64,000 bases of DNA from a virus. The notes beneath the pieces were generated by a model. It saw only the letters and a list, made by a program, of their open reading frames with translations, ran no database searches and had not been told where the DNA came from. The DNA is taken from IMG/VR virus record IMGVR_UViG_3300021420_000014. One strand, 5' to 3'. The translations under genes and the position numbers were made by a program. Shown here in pieces: positions 28,001 through 37,625 of this stretch (position 1 is the first letter of the stretch; each line of letters starts with the position of its first letter).

Positions 28001-28108
28001 ATGGGTCTCTGGATGTTCGGAGATCCAGCCAGGCAAGATGCTTTTGATTGGATGACTCAGGCCAGCGTACTTCCCGGTTCTGATGACGGTCCGGTAATCA
28101 CCTTCTAA
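25007..28108 (+). CDS. large Cys-rich signal-peptide-bearing multidomain protein
   Basis: MKKFLGLIVVFLATVPFSFA; FN3-like ATISWNTD; ends DDGPVITF. Confidence 0.75.
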   Translation: MKKFLGLIVVFLATVPFSFAMCPGSAPAITSGPSASISGLDATISWNTDSLSTSEGSYGDLGYTNDSGSVWIAQDQSVGVTSHSIVFHNALLTTGQSTIQYWVTSRCIVAGTPSWALIAQSAAHTFALSSGGPTITAGQLVTALGSPLRPVFPVYDGVHPGYQVTPGQGFVVQFNSFGTTLPSSGYVFSDGTGTTMNYVFSGTAFNYITSMRGWSSGGAIFDGGSLPTSALNALKLGGQCNTVSVIVACGNVDFVLSPTTPTGGANCTNNGGIDLGGGRCAYTLVITETSGDTNCIYNGGSTLTCNTATASGYVIANSTPALPVGPGWAGEADIPCRTRATMFTDNCQCLISSGDTNCTTAALCPDIMSSTCYYSYESLIHNNPAQKDNTWAEIWGLSTYHFAVSGNPNWFYEACHVDHLLAAYTGQNAQWNNVSQYCLHTMRDIQQYPPTLETVTSTNSFTVTGNGAPTQNAVDSCATILTNSTGTQVCATYTVPTAATLSGLVSGLASGYQYLAVDTNFNSSACPQHCGADCQVLSAVSGTSFTTECVLGSTPGTTDTWTIVRLLSNLTATAGTTGTSLVCSTCDFAGMFTISPTSGHAGTSYAVGDVVTITAQGDTATVYVVNSGAVVSLVPNAAQAYVIGSGLATTTGGSGSGLQVDISLAPQTAYIVSGVSNEWDGIATSPGAKVSSVNVSTHTVTLSSSITGLASSSVFQIRTWIGPGGGAAIYNWPIQLQDVWNSQGDYISLDMINLMSVTDNPGGIPALYENQRELAIEIRSCQIILDIRNTAAGTLAAQLPSSVCTDPVQMAMLVDAEFSQIDWLVNNSGNSNPSAVIIGGNGTNNDTFLSGVQMYSVQRILNDPLVYSATDPRGPYWIKTYADYLYVNGYSYVNPACGAYLFHEWAYEFESPHMGLCTVLGGSLPINVSGTPVQNVWSEQALIWPAFAWLCNKTGAALIPTTSVSYCAAFNDMFRYGTVYSIQAIDSAVAPGPKTIGQMGLWMFGDPARQDAFDWMTQASVLPGSDDGPVITF

Positions 28109-28458
28109 TGAGTTTCCTTCTCCAAGACTCCGGCGCTGCTATCTGGCTCGTGGACGTTACAGATCAAGGTTTGTTGAAAGCGACCGCGAGTTCTGGAACA
28201 CCGGTTGTCGTGAATCTGAGTGACGTGAACGGCAATGCCTGGGGTGTGCAGGTTACGACGCAAGGCTATCTTGAAGCGGTCTCGGTTGCGGGCAGTGCTT
28301 TTACTTATCCGATCTCGAAGCCGATGCAAAGCTCTGGCGGCTTCCAGTTCAACCTGAAGATTTTCTTGGATCAGAATAACGTTGGCAACTTGGGCACCGT
28401 GCTCGTGCCAAGCCAGCTTGTGCCGACGCAGTCGATGGACTGTGTAGTTTGGTACTGA
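28108..28458 (+). CDS. small adaptor-like protein with three beta-hairpin modules
   Basis: LxDxxGxxWxVxVxxxGxL repeats. Confidence 0.65.
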   Translation: MSFLLQDSGAAIWLVDVTDQGLLKATASSGTPVVVNLSDVNGNAWGVQVTTQGYLEAVSVAGSAFTYPISKPMQSSGGFQFNLKIFLDQNNVGNLGTVLVPSQLVPTQSMDCVVWY

Positions 28459-28463
28459 CCCCG

Positions 28464-30776
28464 ATGATCAAGAAACTCTGCTACGCACTCGTGATTTCCT
28501 ATATTGCGACGACTGCGGTTGTGTATTTTGGTTCGCACCGGAAAGTTACGTTTGCGCAAGCATTGACCTTCTGCGCCTTGAGCCAGAATTGCACGTGGAC
28601 GGGGAATAACGCGATGTCATCCGTCAACAATATAATTTACGTTGATGGGTGTTCGGGAGGTACGAAGTATCCGTGCACGGCGGCTGGCATAAATTCAGCC
28701 CTTACCGCTTCCGCAAACGGGCAAGAGACATGGGTTTCTACCAATCTATCGACCATAACTTTGACTGATGCGCTCATTACGCTGAACAAGCACAACCGAC
28801 TTTATCTGGCTGGCCAGGGAACCTATGTGGTGGGGACCGCGAGTGCGGCTTACACGACCACGCCAGCGATTACTGTTCCTGACTCCTCGACGGACGTAAC
28901 AGCGGATTCAGCTATATTTTGTCCTGACCATGCGAAGATTCAGCTTGCGGCAGGAGCCAACCGCGACATCATCGCGGATCAGAACTTCTTCTCGCTGACC
29001 GGAACGTCGAACCAATTCGGCACCTTCAAATTCACGACTCAGGGCTGCACGCTCGATGGGAATAAGACGAATGAGGCTGCACTGGTAACGACAGGCACTT
29101 GCATTCCCTTAAACGTGACGCGCTCCAGTGGCGGTCTTGCCACGATCAACTGCTCGAATACTCCGAGCCCAGCATTCCTGGCTGGCTACGCCGTGGACGT
29201 AGCAGGCGTGGCTACTGACGGCTTTACCTTCAATGGACATTTTATTGTTCAGAGCGCTACCGCGACGCAGATTACTTTCAACGATAATCAGTGCATCGTT
29301 CAAACCTCGTGTCATACGACCGCGCTCACGACTCAGCCCGTGGCGATAGCGATTACCGGATGTACTGCATCCGGTTTCACGGCGACGTGCAACACGGGAT
29401 CGGCGCATGGATTCGTGCCCCAGCAAAACGTCACCATGTCCGGGCTTACGCCAGCCGGTTACAATGGCACGTTTTTACTGGTAAGCGCGAGTGGCACCTC
29501 GTTTACTTACGTTCCACTGACGAGCGGCTTAGGGGCATCCGGCACAGGCACGGCTACTCCTGTAATAACCGCGATTGGTTATGGCGGCGCGGGCGGGATC
29601 AAGATTTACGGTCGGCGTTCAATCTTCCGCGATACGGTTGTCGCTAACAACACGTGCGACGGGCGATGGGATGAAGGTGTAAACCCGCCAGCCTTCGGCG
29701 ACGATACAACGCAGCTAATTTCCACCTATACCGACATTCAAGATATGAACTCCGGCTGCGATGGATGGGTGTTTTGGGGACCGCAGAGTTCAAATTTCGT
29801 AAATGTAGATGATTTCAATCACGGCCATTGGGGAATAGAAGCCTTCCAGACCTTGTGGGGCAAGGGAGGAACTTCGTACCTAAATGGTTCGGGCGGAATA
29901 CATGATTTTGCTGCCGATGTGCAGTTAACGAATAGGCAGGATGCTTCTGCCGTGGGATGGGGCATACTCACCGAACCTACAGCCTCTCAGTTTGTTATGT
30001 CTGGATCTTCACTATCCGCCCCGATAGGAATTGAGTTCCGCAATCCTGGTAACACCTTTCAAGGGCTGATTCTAAACAGTGCTCTGGGAATGAAGTTTAA
30101 CGGCGGATCAGTCAACGCCCAAATAAATATCTTCACCGTCACGACTTGGTTTGATTGTACCAACGAAAATGCTCTTGTTATTTTGGACGTCAGCTACGGG
30201 AGCACGGTCGGCACGATGAAGGGCACGAACTGTTGGACCGGCCAGGAAATGCTGCGGTTGCCTTTGACCGCTGGCAACACTACTGGCACGCAAATTCCTG
30301 GTAGCTTAAGCGGGTTTTTCATTGCAGGCTGGAATCCTCAGTTTCCGGCGACTAACAATACATTGGTTGCAAGCCCGAATGCTGGAACTGTTAGATCGTC
30401 TCTTCATATTAGCGACCAAGGAAGTGCCTGTACGAATGGCGAACTGGCTCTGAGCGCTGGCTGGGCCGTCACTGGATCGTCTAGCGTTACTGCCGCTGCA
30501 GGCAATGGCCAGACTTGCTCGTGGACGATCACTACCGGCACGACCACCAGTGCGAATCCCACCGTTACCGATACGCTGACTAATGCCCTGCCGACGGCAA
30601 CTACGGTATGCTGGATGATCGTGAACGGCGGTTCGCATACGCCGGTTGTGGGCGCGGGAACAGAAGACGCATTTCGGCAGACCACGTTGTCGGCTACTGC
30701 CCCAGTTTTTACATTCGAGGAAACGCCAACACCTGCTGGAACGACGTATTTCGTAACTCGTGGTTGCGGTCCTTAG
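28464..30776 (+). CDS. signal-peptide-bearing tailspike-like protein (beta-helix with inserted modules)
   Basis: ...TFA|Q; AGINSAL...GQGTYVV; TLDGNK; H-G-F...GYNGTF modules. Confidence 0.7.
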   Translation: MIKKLCYALVISYIATTAVVYFGSHRKVTFAQALTFCALSQNCTWTGNNAMSSVNNIIYVDGCSGGTKYPCTAAGINSALTASANGQETWVSTNLSTITLTDALITLNKHNRLYLAGQGTYVVGTASAAYTTTPAITVPDSSTDVTADSAIFCPDHAKIQLAAGANRDIIADQNFFSLTGTSNQFGTFKFTTQGCTLDGNKTNEAALVTTGTCIPLNVTRSSGGLATINCSNTPSPAFLAGYAVDVAGVATDGFTFNGHFIVQSATATQITFNDNQCIVQTSCHTTALTTQPVAIAITGCTASGFTATCNTGSAHGFVPQQNVTMSGLTPAGYNGTFLLVSASGTSFTYVPLTSGLGASGTGTATPVITAIGYGGAGGIKIYGRRSIFRDTVVANNTCDGRWDEGVNPPAFGDDTTQLISTYTDIQDMNSGCDGWVFWGPQSSNFVNVDDFNHGHWGIEAFQTLWGKGGTSYLNGSGGIHDFAADVQLTNRQDASAVGWGILTEPTASQFVMSGSSLSAPIGIEFRNPGNTFQGLILNSALGMKFNGGSVNAQINIFTVTTWFDCTNENALVILDVSYGSTVGTMKGTNCWTGQEMLRLPLTAGNTTGTQIPGSLSGFFIAGWNPQFPATNNTLVASPNAGTVRSSLHISDQGSACTNGELALSAGWAVTGSSSVTAAAGNGQTCSWTITTGTTTSANPTVTDTLTNALPTATTVCWMIVNGGSHTPVVGAGTEDAFRQTTLSATAPVFTFEETPTPAGTTYFVTRGCGP

Positions 30777-31193
30777 ATGGCATTCAGCGTAGACGCATGG
30801 GGTCAGCCACCAACACCGCCGCAGACTAACTGGGCGGTCCTGCGCGCGCAGTATGCCATTCTCATAGCGGTCTCAGGGCAAGCCGCATTCGACCCGAATC
30901 CACATGGAACGTATATCCTCGGAGTGAACGACAGTGGTGACCTGACCATGACCCCGGCCACGAAGAGTCCGATCTTCCCGATCCTGAATGATTTGAGTGG
31001 CAATTCGTGGCAGCTGGGATCCTCGCTAAGCGGCGGGATCACGAATCAGCCAACTACCAATGGCGGCTATCCACTCTCGACAACGCTGCGAAGTCCGTCG
31101 GGCTTTCTCTATAACCTTTTCGTCCTGACTTCGGGGATGCTGCAGACGGTCAGGATTCCCGTTTTGCAGATGCGAGACGCGATCGTGTACTGA
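30777..31193 (+). CDS. adaptor-like protein: one scaffold repeat plus three beta-hairpin modules
   Basis: N-terminal DAWGQPPTPPQTNW matches 32623; LRSPSG.LY.L.V. Confidence 0.65.
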   Translation: MAFSVDAWGQPPTPPQTNWAVLRAQYAILIAVSGQAAFDPNPHGTYILGVNDSGDLTMTPATKSPIFPILNDLSGNSWQLGSSLSGGITNQPTTNGGYPLSTTLRSPSGFLYNLFVLTSGMLQTVRIPVLQMRDAIVY

Positions 31194-31903
31194 TGATTAA
31201 ACAACTCGCAATGTCATTGCTGTTTTGTCTAGCCTTCATTCCAGAAGCTCACGCCTGGACCAAAATTCAGGTGGCGCACATTGCTGCTAGCTGCTCGGTT
31301 AGCCCTTGTGTCGTTTCTCTTGCAGCGACCGGAGCAAACCATCTTCTTGTGGTTGGATTCGAAGATAATTCTTTCAGTGATGTAATGGGTGCGCCACCTG
31401 CTAGTGCTTGTGCCATTCCTTGGGTACATGCCCCTAATGCCCCAGCTATTTACGTACCAGCGGGAGACGTAAACGACGCTTATTATTGCTTGCAATCGAA
31501 CGGCGGCATTACCTCGTTTAGTCAGCCAGTCACGACTTTTACGGGCGCAGCCGACGTGATTGTGTGGGAAGCGGCATCAGGACTCGCGGTCGTTGCGCTT
31601 GATGCTGGCGGCAAGCTTCAGGATACGACTTGCACGTCGTGCGCGGGAGTTCCGCTAACCCTTTCAGGCAACAGTGATTTCATCATCGCCTTGGCTGGAG
31701 GGACGGTAGTCGTCTCCGGGCTCACAGGTACGGGTTTCACCTATGAAGGCACGACTGGATTCGGTGATGGGTTCGCTACTGGCCTGACCACGGGATCACT
31801 GACTGCACCGACAACGTGGACCGGATCGAGCGGCCTACTCAGTGTTTATGCATTGGCAATTCAAGAAGTCGGGCCAAGTGATGGTGGCGTAATCACTTTC
31901 TAG
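31193..31903 (+). CDS. signal-peptide-bearing protein
   Basis: MIKQLAMSLLFCLAFIPEAHA|W; ends SDGGVITF. Confidence 0.7.
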   Translation: MIKQLAMSLLFCLAFIPEAHAWTKIQVAHIAASCSVSPCVVSLAATGANHLLVVGFEDNSFSDVMGAPPASACAIPWVHAPNAPAIYVPAGDVNDAYYCLQSNGGITSFSQPVTTFTGAADVIVWEAASGLAVVALDAGGKLQDTTCTSCAGVPLTLSGNSDFIIALAGGTVVVSGLTGTGFTYEGTTGFGDGFATGLTTGSLTAPTTWTGSSGLLSVYALAIQEVGPSDGGVITF

Positions 31904-31937
31904 CGCGATGCGTGAGGCAATTGTCTATTGAACGAGA

Positions 31938-32621
31938 ATGGCCGCGATCACTTTATTCCTTCGCTCAACCGCTTCCGGTGTAGTCAGCAGTAATGCCAGT
32001 GTTAATCAGCTCAGCTTAACTGAAGGTGCGACCGCAGGCGGTGTGGCTGATGGTACGGCTTTCGTTCCGGTCGCTTCCACGAACTACAACGTAGGCCCAG
32101 GAGCGAACGTAATCGGCACGCCTGGCGGCACGATCACAGGCACCGGCAAGGGTTGGATTTATGACACGCAACCACTGACGACTTTTCTGGCCGGTACGTG
32201 GACCATAGACTTTGAGAATATTCGGGCTTCCGGTGGTGCCCACACTGGCCACGCAATCTGCGAAGTCTACGTTGTCACGGCGAGCACTACCACTGTCACA
32301 AAGGTTTCACTGATCGGCACGGCAGATTCTGGACTCATCACACTGGGGACGGTAGCCACCAGATTTCAGGCGACATTCGCCGGATCCCAGATCACACTGA
32401 CGGCTAATCAATATCTTTATATTCAGTTTTTTTGGGAATGCACGACGGTCGGAACGGGCACATTTTCTAACCTTGTTGATGACAGCTCTGGAACGACTGC
32501 TTCGCAGATCATCACGCCAGCAACCGGCTTGGCAGTAGATGTGATTGATAGCCAAGCACCAGGCCGAGAGTCGCCGCCTATTCCGTTGGCTCATTGGAAT
32601 CCTGAAATCGTAGGTTACTGA
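31938..32621 (+). CDS. putative virion structural protein
   Basis: Thr-rich beta protein; ends PEIVGY. Confidence 0.65.
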   Translation: MAAITLFLRSTASGVVSSNASVNQLSLTEGATAGGVADGTAFVPVASTNYNVGPGANVIGTPGGTITGTGKGWIYDTQPLTTFLAGTWTIDFENIRASGGAHTGHAICEVYVVTASTTTVTKVSLIGTADSGLITLGTVATRFQATFAGSQITLTANQYLYIQFFWECTTVGTGTFSNLVDDSSGTTASQIITPATGLAVDVIDSQAPGRESPPIPLAHWNPEIVGY

Positions 32622-32622
32622 C

Positions 32623-35600
32623 ATGCCGAGACGCTGGCAATATCAAGAGAAAGTCCAGCCGGTCGTAACCCCTCCGAATACTGCCGAAACAGTTCACCCT
32701 GAAGCGTGGATGCAGCCTCCTACACCGCCGCAACGTAATTGGGCTTTACGTGCTGCGGCCTTCGCTATTGTCCTTGCGGCAGCTTCGTCCGGTAGCCAGC
32801 GCAATTTCGACGTTAAAGATTACCCAGGTAACGGCAATTGGCGGCCGGCTTACACGGATATCGTTCCGCGGACCTCGCAGTGGAATTACTACGCAACCCT
32901 CTCGGCATCTTCGGGACAAGCTCCATCGGATCCAGAACAGGCAACCGAACCGGAAGAACCGTTTGTAGATAAGTTCGGCCAGCCACCGCCTTCGATTCAT
33001 TTGCGGCGTCGCAATTACGGTGTGTGTTCCGGCAGTACGTTCGTTCCCCCTGTACCGCTATTTTTGGATAAGTGGTTTGAGCCTCCCTCGCAGCCAACTT
33101 ATTCGAAGCGCGCAGTTGATCTGACCCAGACTATTGCTCCCGTTACTGTGCCAGTGGCAGAGACGGTCACCATCGACAAATGGTTCGAACCGCCGTCACA
33201 GCCACTCAAGCAACCGTATCCCTTTGACCTCTTCACAGTTCCTGGCCATCAACAGGCGTTCGCATATATCCACGGCTACGAAGATCATTGGCATCCGAAT
33301 TACCCAGCTTGGCTCGCGCGCGTTCGCAGGGGCCTTAGCTCCGGAAGTGCCTATGTTGGCCTGATCAGCGAGAGCGTCACTCTTGATAAGTGGTACGCAG
33401 CGCCTTCTCAACCAACCTATTTGCCGAAGAGAACTGGCGCAGAGCAGGGTCAGTCGGTCACTGATACGAAACTGCTCACCCAACAAGAGCAGGTCACGAT
33501 TAGTAGATTCAAGGCAACGTATCCGGATTGGTTGCCGCGACCATATTCAGAAGCGACATATGTCGCATCGGGCTATACGGGACCGGTTGTCGTTAGCGAA
33601 GTTGTAACCATCGATAAGTGGTGGCAGCCGTCAAGTCAGCCAATCTACCTGAAGAGATCGCCGGTACTGGATCAGGACGTCACTGATTCACGCCTGCTCA
33701 CGCAGCAAGAATCGGTTTCTATAAGCAAATGGGGTCAACCGGCACCAGAAGTTGCGCGGCGTCGTCGCTATGGCGTCAATTCTGGCAGCGCATTCGTCGG
33801 CCTGATCAGTGAAACGGTCACGCTGGATAAATGGTTCTCGCCTGCGTCTCAGCCATTATTCCAGCCAAGCCGTATTCCCTCGCTTGTACCTGAACCGGCA
33901 TTCGTCCAAGTCGTAGCTGCTGGCGCTGAAGTCGTCACGCTCGACAAGTGGTGGCACGAGCAGCCGGATCCCGTACGGCCTCCGTATCCATACGATCTCT
34001 TCACCGTTCCCGGGCATCAGCAGGCATTCGCAACACTGCACGGCGCCTATTCGCCGATGTATGCGGATTATCCGGGCGCTTTCCCGAAGCCGTTCCCTGC
34101 GCAGCTTTACGTGTCTGCGACTTCTTTCGTTCCTCTGGTGCCGACCGAAGTCGTGCTGGCCGACAAATGGTTGCCGGATTATCCGGTTTGGCTAGCGCGC
34201 ACCTACGTACAACCGGCGTCCGGTGCCGTCACCGTCGTCTCGACAGCAAAAGAATCTGTAAGCGTTGAGAAATTTAAGGCTGATTATGCAGATGCTGTTC
34301 CTCGCCTGGCGCAACGGTCTCCAGTTCTTGACCAGCAAGTAATCGACCCCACGGTCTTACTAAAATCAGGCGAGATTGTCCTGCTCGATAAGTGGTTCGA
34401 ACCGGCTAGTCAGCCAACATATTTAGCGAAGCGGTCTGCTGATCTCAGGCAAGTATTAATTGATCCTAAGGTTCTGACGCAGCAAGAAACGGTTAGCATT
34501 GACCGTTTCGGCCCGAGCTATGTTGATCGCGTAACGCGGTTGTCGCCAATTGCCGCACAAGTATCCTCAAACTGGACAGGGCCAGTCTTCGCTGGCGAAA
34601 TCGTCACCGTCGACAAATGGTTTGAGCCAACTTCACAACCAACCTATCTACCAAAGAGAACTTCGGAATTAATTCAAATCGTTCAGCCGGCCATATCCCT
34701 AACTGAATTCCAACCTGTCTATCCAGATCTGTTGCCGCGTGCGATACCACAACCAACTTCTGGAGCTGCCACGGTTGTTTCGACCGCACAAGAAACTGTT
34801 TTTGTTGAAAAGTTCCAGGCTGATTATGCAGACATCGCACCGCGGTTAGCTGCGCGTTGCATCGTCCTCTATCAAAACGTCATTGATCCGACTGTTCTGC
34901 TCAAGTCTGGCGAAGTTGTCACCATCGACAAATGGTGGCAGCCAGCCTCGCAACCCACATATCTACCGAAGCGGTCGGCAGTTCTAGATCAAGCGGTAAT
35001 TGATTCTAAACTCCTCACGCAAAAAGAAGCGGTCCACGTCGATGCGTGGATGGAACAGCCTGAATACCCGGCCGCCAATCTTTCGCTCAAACTGAAGGTC
35101 TACGCCGCCCAAGCCGCTTCTGGCATGGCGGCAATCGATGCGAAGCAGCTAACTTTGCAAGAAGCAGTTCGCATCGATAAATTCAATCCAGATTATCCGA
35201 GCCGCGTACCAGGAGCATTCAATTCCGCAGTTCAGCAGGCATCGGGCGGCATTTATATGCCTCAGCCGCCCATCGAAACCATCACGCTCGACAAGTGGTG
35301 GGAACCAGCTTCGCAGCCGACATATTTGCCGATCCGCTCGGCTGATCTCACTCAGACCGTAATACCGCCGCCAGAGAAGATCCTGGTCGACAAGTGGTGG
35401 CAGCCGACTTCACAACCAACGTACCTGCCAAAGCGTTCTGCGGAGCTACAGCAGTTCATTATTGATCCGAAGCCGGAGACGATCAGGATCGACAAGTGGG
35501 GGCCTGATTATCAGGCATGGATCAACAGGCCATTCAATTCCGCTATACAGGCAGCTTCCGGCGAAACACTTGTCTTAACGGAAATCGTTAGCTTCGATAA

Positions 35601-35913
35601 GTGGTGGCAACCGGTTTCGCAGCCGACGTATTTAGCGAAGAGAACCGCCGAATTAGGCCAAAGCATTATCGACGCTGGCGCACTGCTGAAACCTGAAACG
35701 GTCAGCATCGACAAATTCGGACCAACTTATCAGAATTGGATCAATCGAATTCCGAACATGGCCGTGCCGGCGAGCTCTGGGGCTGTCTTCCTTGAGTTGC
35801 AGCCGCCGAACATTGGGTTCATTTTTGCTTCAATTTCGGTTACGCCGCTGGTACAGGGAACGCCTTCAGTGAATAGCCTTGTAATTGCAGCTAACATAAA
35901 AGTGGCGAGTTAG
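32623..35913 (+). CDS. 1096-aa repeat protein (roughly 27 E.V.[IL]DKW..P.SQP repeats)
   Basis: repeats visible throughout the translation. Confidence 0.85.
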   Translation: MPRRWQYQEKVQPVVTPPNTAETVHPEAWMQPPTPPQRNWALRAAAFAIVLAAASSGSQRNFDVKDYPGNGNWRPAYTDIVPRTSQWNYYATLSASSGQAPSDPEQATEPEEPFVDKFGQPPPSIHLRRRNYGVCSGSTFVPPVPLFLDKWFEPPSQPTYSKRAVDLTQTIAPVTVPVAETVTIDKWFEPPSQPLKQPYPFDLFTVPGHQQAFAYIHGYEDHWHPNYPAWLARVRRGLSSGSAYVGLISESVTLDKWYAAPSQPTYLPKRTGAEQGQSVTDTKLLTQQEQVTISRFKATYPDWLPRPYSEATYVASGYTGPVVVSEVVTIDKWWQPSSQPIYLKRSPVLDQDVTDSRLLTQQESVSISKWGQPAPEVARRRRYGVNSGSAFVGLISETVTLDKWFSPASQPLFQPSRIPSLVPEPAFVQVVAAGAEVVTLDKWWHEQPDPVRPPYPYDLFTVPGHQQAFATLHGAYSPMYADYPGAFPKPFPAQLYVSATSFVPLVPTEVVLADKWLPDYPVWLARTYVQPASGAVTVVSTAKESVSVEKFKADYADAVPRLAQRSPVLDQQVIDPTVLLKSGEIVLLDKWFEPASQPTYLAKRSADLRQVLIDPKVLTQQETVSIDRFGPSYVDRVTRLSPIAAQVSSNWTGPVFAGEIVTVDKWFEPTSQPTYLPKRTSELIQIVQPAISLTEFQPVYPDLLPRAIPQPTSGAATVVSTAQETVFVEKFQADYADIAPRLAARCIVLYQNVIDPTVLLKSGEVVTIDKWWQPASQPTYLPKRSAVLDQAVIDSKLLTQKEAVHVDAWMEQPEYPAANLSLKLKVYAAQAASGMAAIDAKQLTLQEAVRIDKFNPDYPSRVPGAFNSAVQQASGGIYMPQPPIETITLDKWWEPASQPTYLPIRSADLTQTVIPPPEKILVDKWWQPTSQPTYLPKRSAELQQFIIDPKPETIRIDKWGPDYQAWINRPFNSAIQAASGETLVLTEIVSFDKWWQPVSQPTYLAKRTAELGQSIIDAGALLKPETVSIDKFGPTYQNWINRIPNMAVPASSGAVFLELQPPNIGFIFASISVTPLVQGTPSVNSLVIAANIKVAS

Positions 35914-35971
35914 AGCAGCCCAATTTTCTAGTATTAAAAACAAAGCCCTTATATACTTGCACCGTCGTCCC

Positions 35972-36295
35972 ATGATCATAAGTCCACAAATTTTCTATCC
36001 ACTTAATTCGACGGTCATTACCGTCACTGGCCTGCAGGATTTCTTGTCGCTAGTCTATTTGGATTCGGCGACGGTGACAGCCACCCTGTTCGATGAAAGA
36101 GGAAATAAGGATTCAACGATCAATGGGTTGCCCTTAAATTACATCCCGGCTTCTAACGGTAATTATCAAGGAATCGTCCCCGATACTTTCAATGCCGCGA
36201 TCGGCAGCCGGTATCAACTTCAAATCACCGCGCTACAAGGCATCGAACAAGCGGTCTGGACCTTGGACGCAGCAGTGCGGTATCGTACGCAGTAA
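35972..36295 (+). CDS. Ig-like/BppU-like small structural protein
   Basis: ATVTATLFD..G...G.Y.G.V......Y.L.IT. Confidence 0.55.
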   Translation: MIISPQIFYPLNSTVITVTGLQDFLSLVYLDSATVTATLFDERGNKDSTINGLPLNYIPASNGNYQGIVPDTFNAAIGSRYQLQITALQGIEQAVWTLDAAVRYRTQ

Positions 36296-36777
36296 TGAAG
36301 TCTGCTCGCGAAGACATTTCCGTCGCACTTTTCAATTTGCTCAGCGGCTATCAGCCTCTCGTCAATCTTTGCAAAAACATCACACGCGTTCCTAGAATTT
36401 GGACTGAAGTGAATGAAGCCGAAAAACCATTCCTGGTTCTGTTCAAGGGCGGACCTGGCACCGAAGATTTCGTTCAGCCACAACAGGCACACATCGGCCT
36501 TACCAAGTACAGAATCAATTACAACCTTTGGCTTTATGTGACGGCCGATCCAACCCACCAGACTGTCGCGGAGACTTTGATCAATCAAATATCCGACCAG
36601 ATCGATGCTGCCATGCAACAGGGTGCCATTCCTAATGCCAGTGGCTTTGCTGAACGGCAAACGCTAGGAAGCCTGGTGAATAATGCCTGGCTTGAGGGTG
36701 GCTCAGAATGGGGTCGCGAATTTGAAGACACCAACGTCGTGGTCTTTTGGCGCATTGCCGTAGAGCTGGGAATCTGA
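36295..36777 (+). CDS. tail terminator protein
   Basis: position before tail tube; RE.I..ALF; QTLG.LV..AW.EG. Confidence 0.75.
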   Translation: MKSAREDISVALFNLLSGYQPLVNLCKNITRVPRIWTEVNEAEKPFLVLFKGGPGTEDFVQPQQAHIGLTKYRINYNLWLYVTADPTHQTVAETLINQISDQIDAAMQQGAIPNASGFAERQTLGSLVNNAWLEGGSEWGREFEDTNVVVFWRIAVELGI

Positions 36778-36785
36778 TTCTTTCC

Positions 36786-36815
36786 TTGTTGCTGTTGCTT
36801 TTTTGGTCTAGGCTC
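36786..36815 (+). promoter_or_regulatory. repeated late-gene upstream motif, copy 3
   Basis: TTGTTGCTGTTGCTTTTTTGGTCTAGGCTC. Confidence 0.65.
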
Positions 36816-36840
36816 TCTCCGTAGCGAAGAGGGTAACCAT

Positions 36841-37611
36841 ACGAGATTAGCCTTCGGCTCGGGGCAATTGTTCGCATTGCCAGGACCATTTTTTGGTGGC
36901 GTCTTCAACGCCTCTCCTGTTTGGTTTGCCACACTGCAAGATGTCGATATCACCATCGACGCCACGATCAAAGAACTCCGCGGCCAGCTTCAATTTCCAG
37001 ATGATACGGCAATCTCGGACAAGAAAATAACCTGGAAAGCCGGCTACGGTCGCTTCTCGATCGATACCTGGAACAACATTTATTTCGGCGATACGATTAG
37101 TGCTGGATCCAACTCCGGTGGCATAGGAGCAGGCGGCGGCGTTCCGCAAGTTCAGGAATCGACCACGCTCGTTTCGACTACTTATACAGTTACCCACTCG
37201 GCCACATTCACACAAGACATGGGCGTCATTTACGGTTCGAACCTTCAACTCTTCCAGAAAGTTACCGGAGCTCCTGCACTGGGCCAATACAACGTTAGCG
37301 CGGGCTTATATACATTCAATGCTTCCGACAACAATAAAGCGATCCTGGTCAGCTATCGCTATCAGATCACCACTGGCCGCGTGCTCGTCGTTCAGAATCA
37401 CGTCCAAGGCTGGGGCCCGCAGTTCGAAATGCTTTTGTCGCAACCTTATCAGGAATTGACGACCGGCATTCCCAATTATCTCGACCTCTACGCTTGCAAG
37501 GCCGGCAAGCTCACCGCTCCGCTCAAGCGCGCCGATTACTTGATCTCCGACATCGAGGGACAAGCGTTCGCAAATTCGGCTGGTTTCCTCGGCGAATTTT
37601 ACGAAGATTGA
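36841..37611 (+). CDS. tail tube (major tail) protein; probable ACG start
   Basis: FGSG.L; LQDV.I....IKELRGQ.QFP; GQYNVS.G.YTF..SD. Confidence 0.8.
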   Translation, partial: TRLAFGSGQLFALPGPFFGGVFNASPVWFATLQDVDITIDATIKELRGQLQFPDDTAISDKKITWKAGYGRFSIDTWNNIYFGDTISAGSNSGGIGAGGGVPQVQESTTLVSTTYTVTHSATFTQDMGVIYGSNLQLFQKVTGAPALGQYNVSAGLYTFNASDNNKAILVSYRYQITTGRVLVVQNHVQGWGPQFEMLLSQPYQELTTGIPNYLDLYACKAGKLTAPLKRADYLISDIEGQAFANSAGFLGEFYED

Positions 37612-37625
37612 ACGTTATCAACAAG

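Noticed and set aside
32623-35913. Diversity-generating retroelement template/variable repeats
   Set aside because: No reverse transcriptase in the window; repeats diverge at synonymous sites rather than only at adenines
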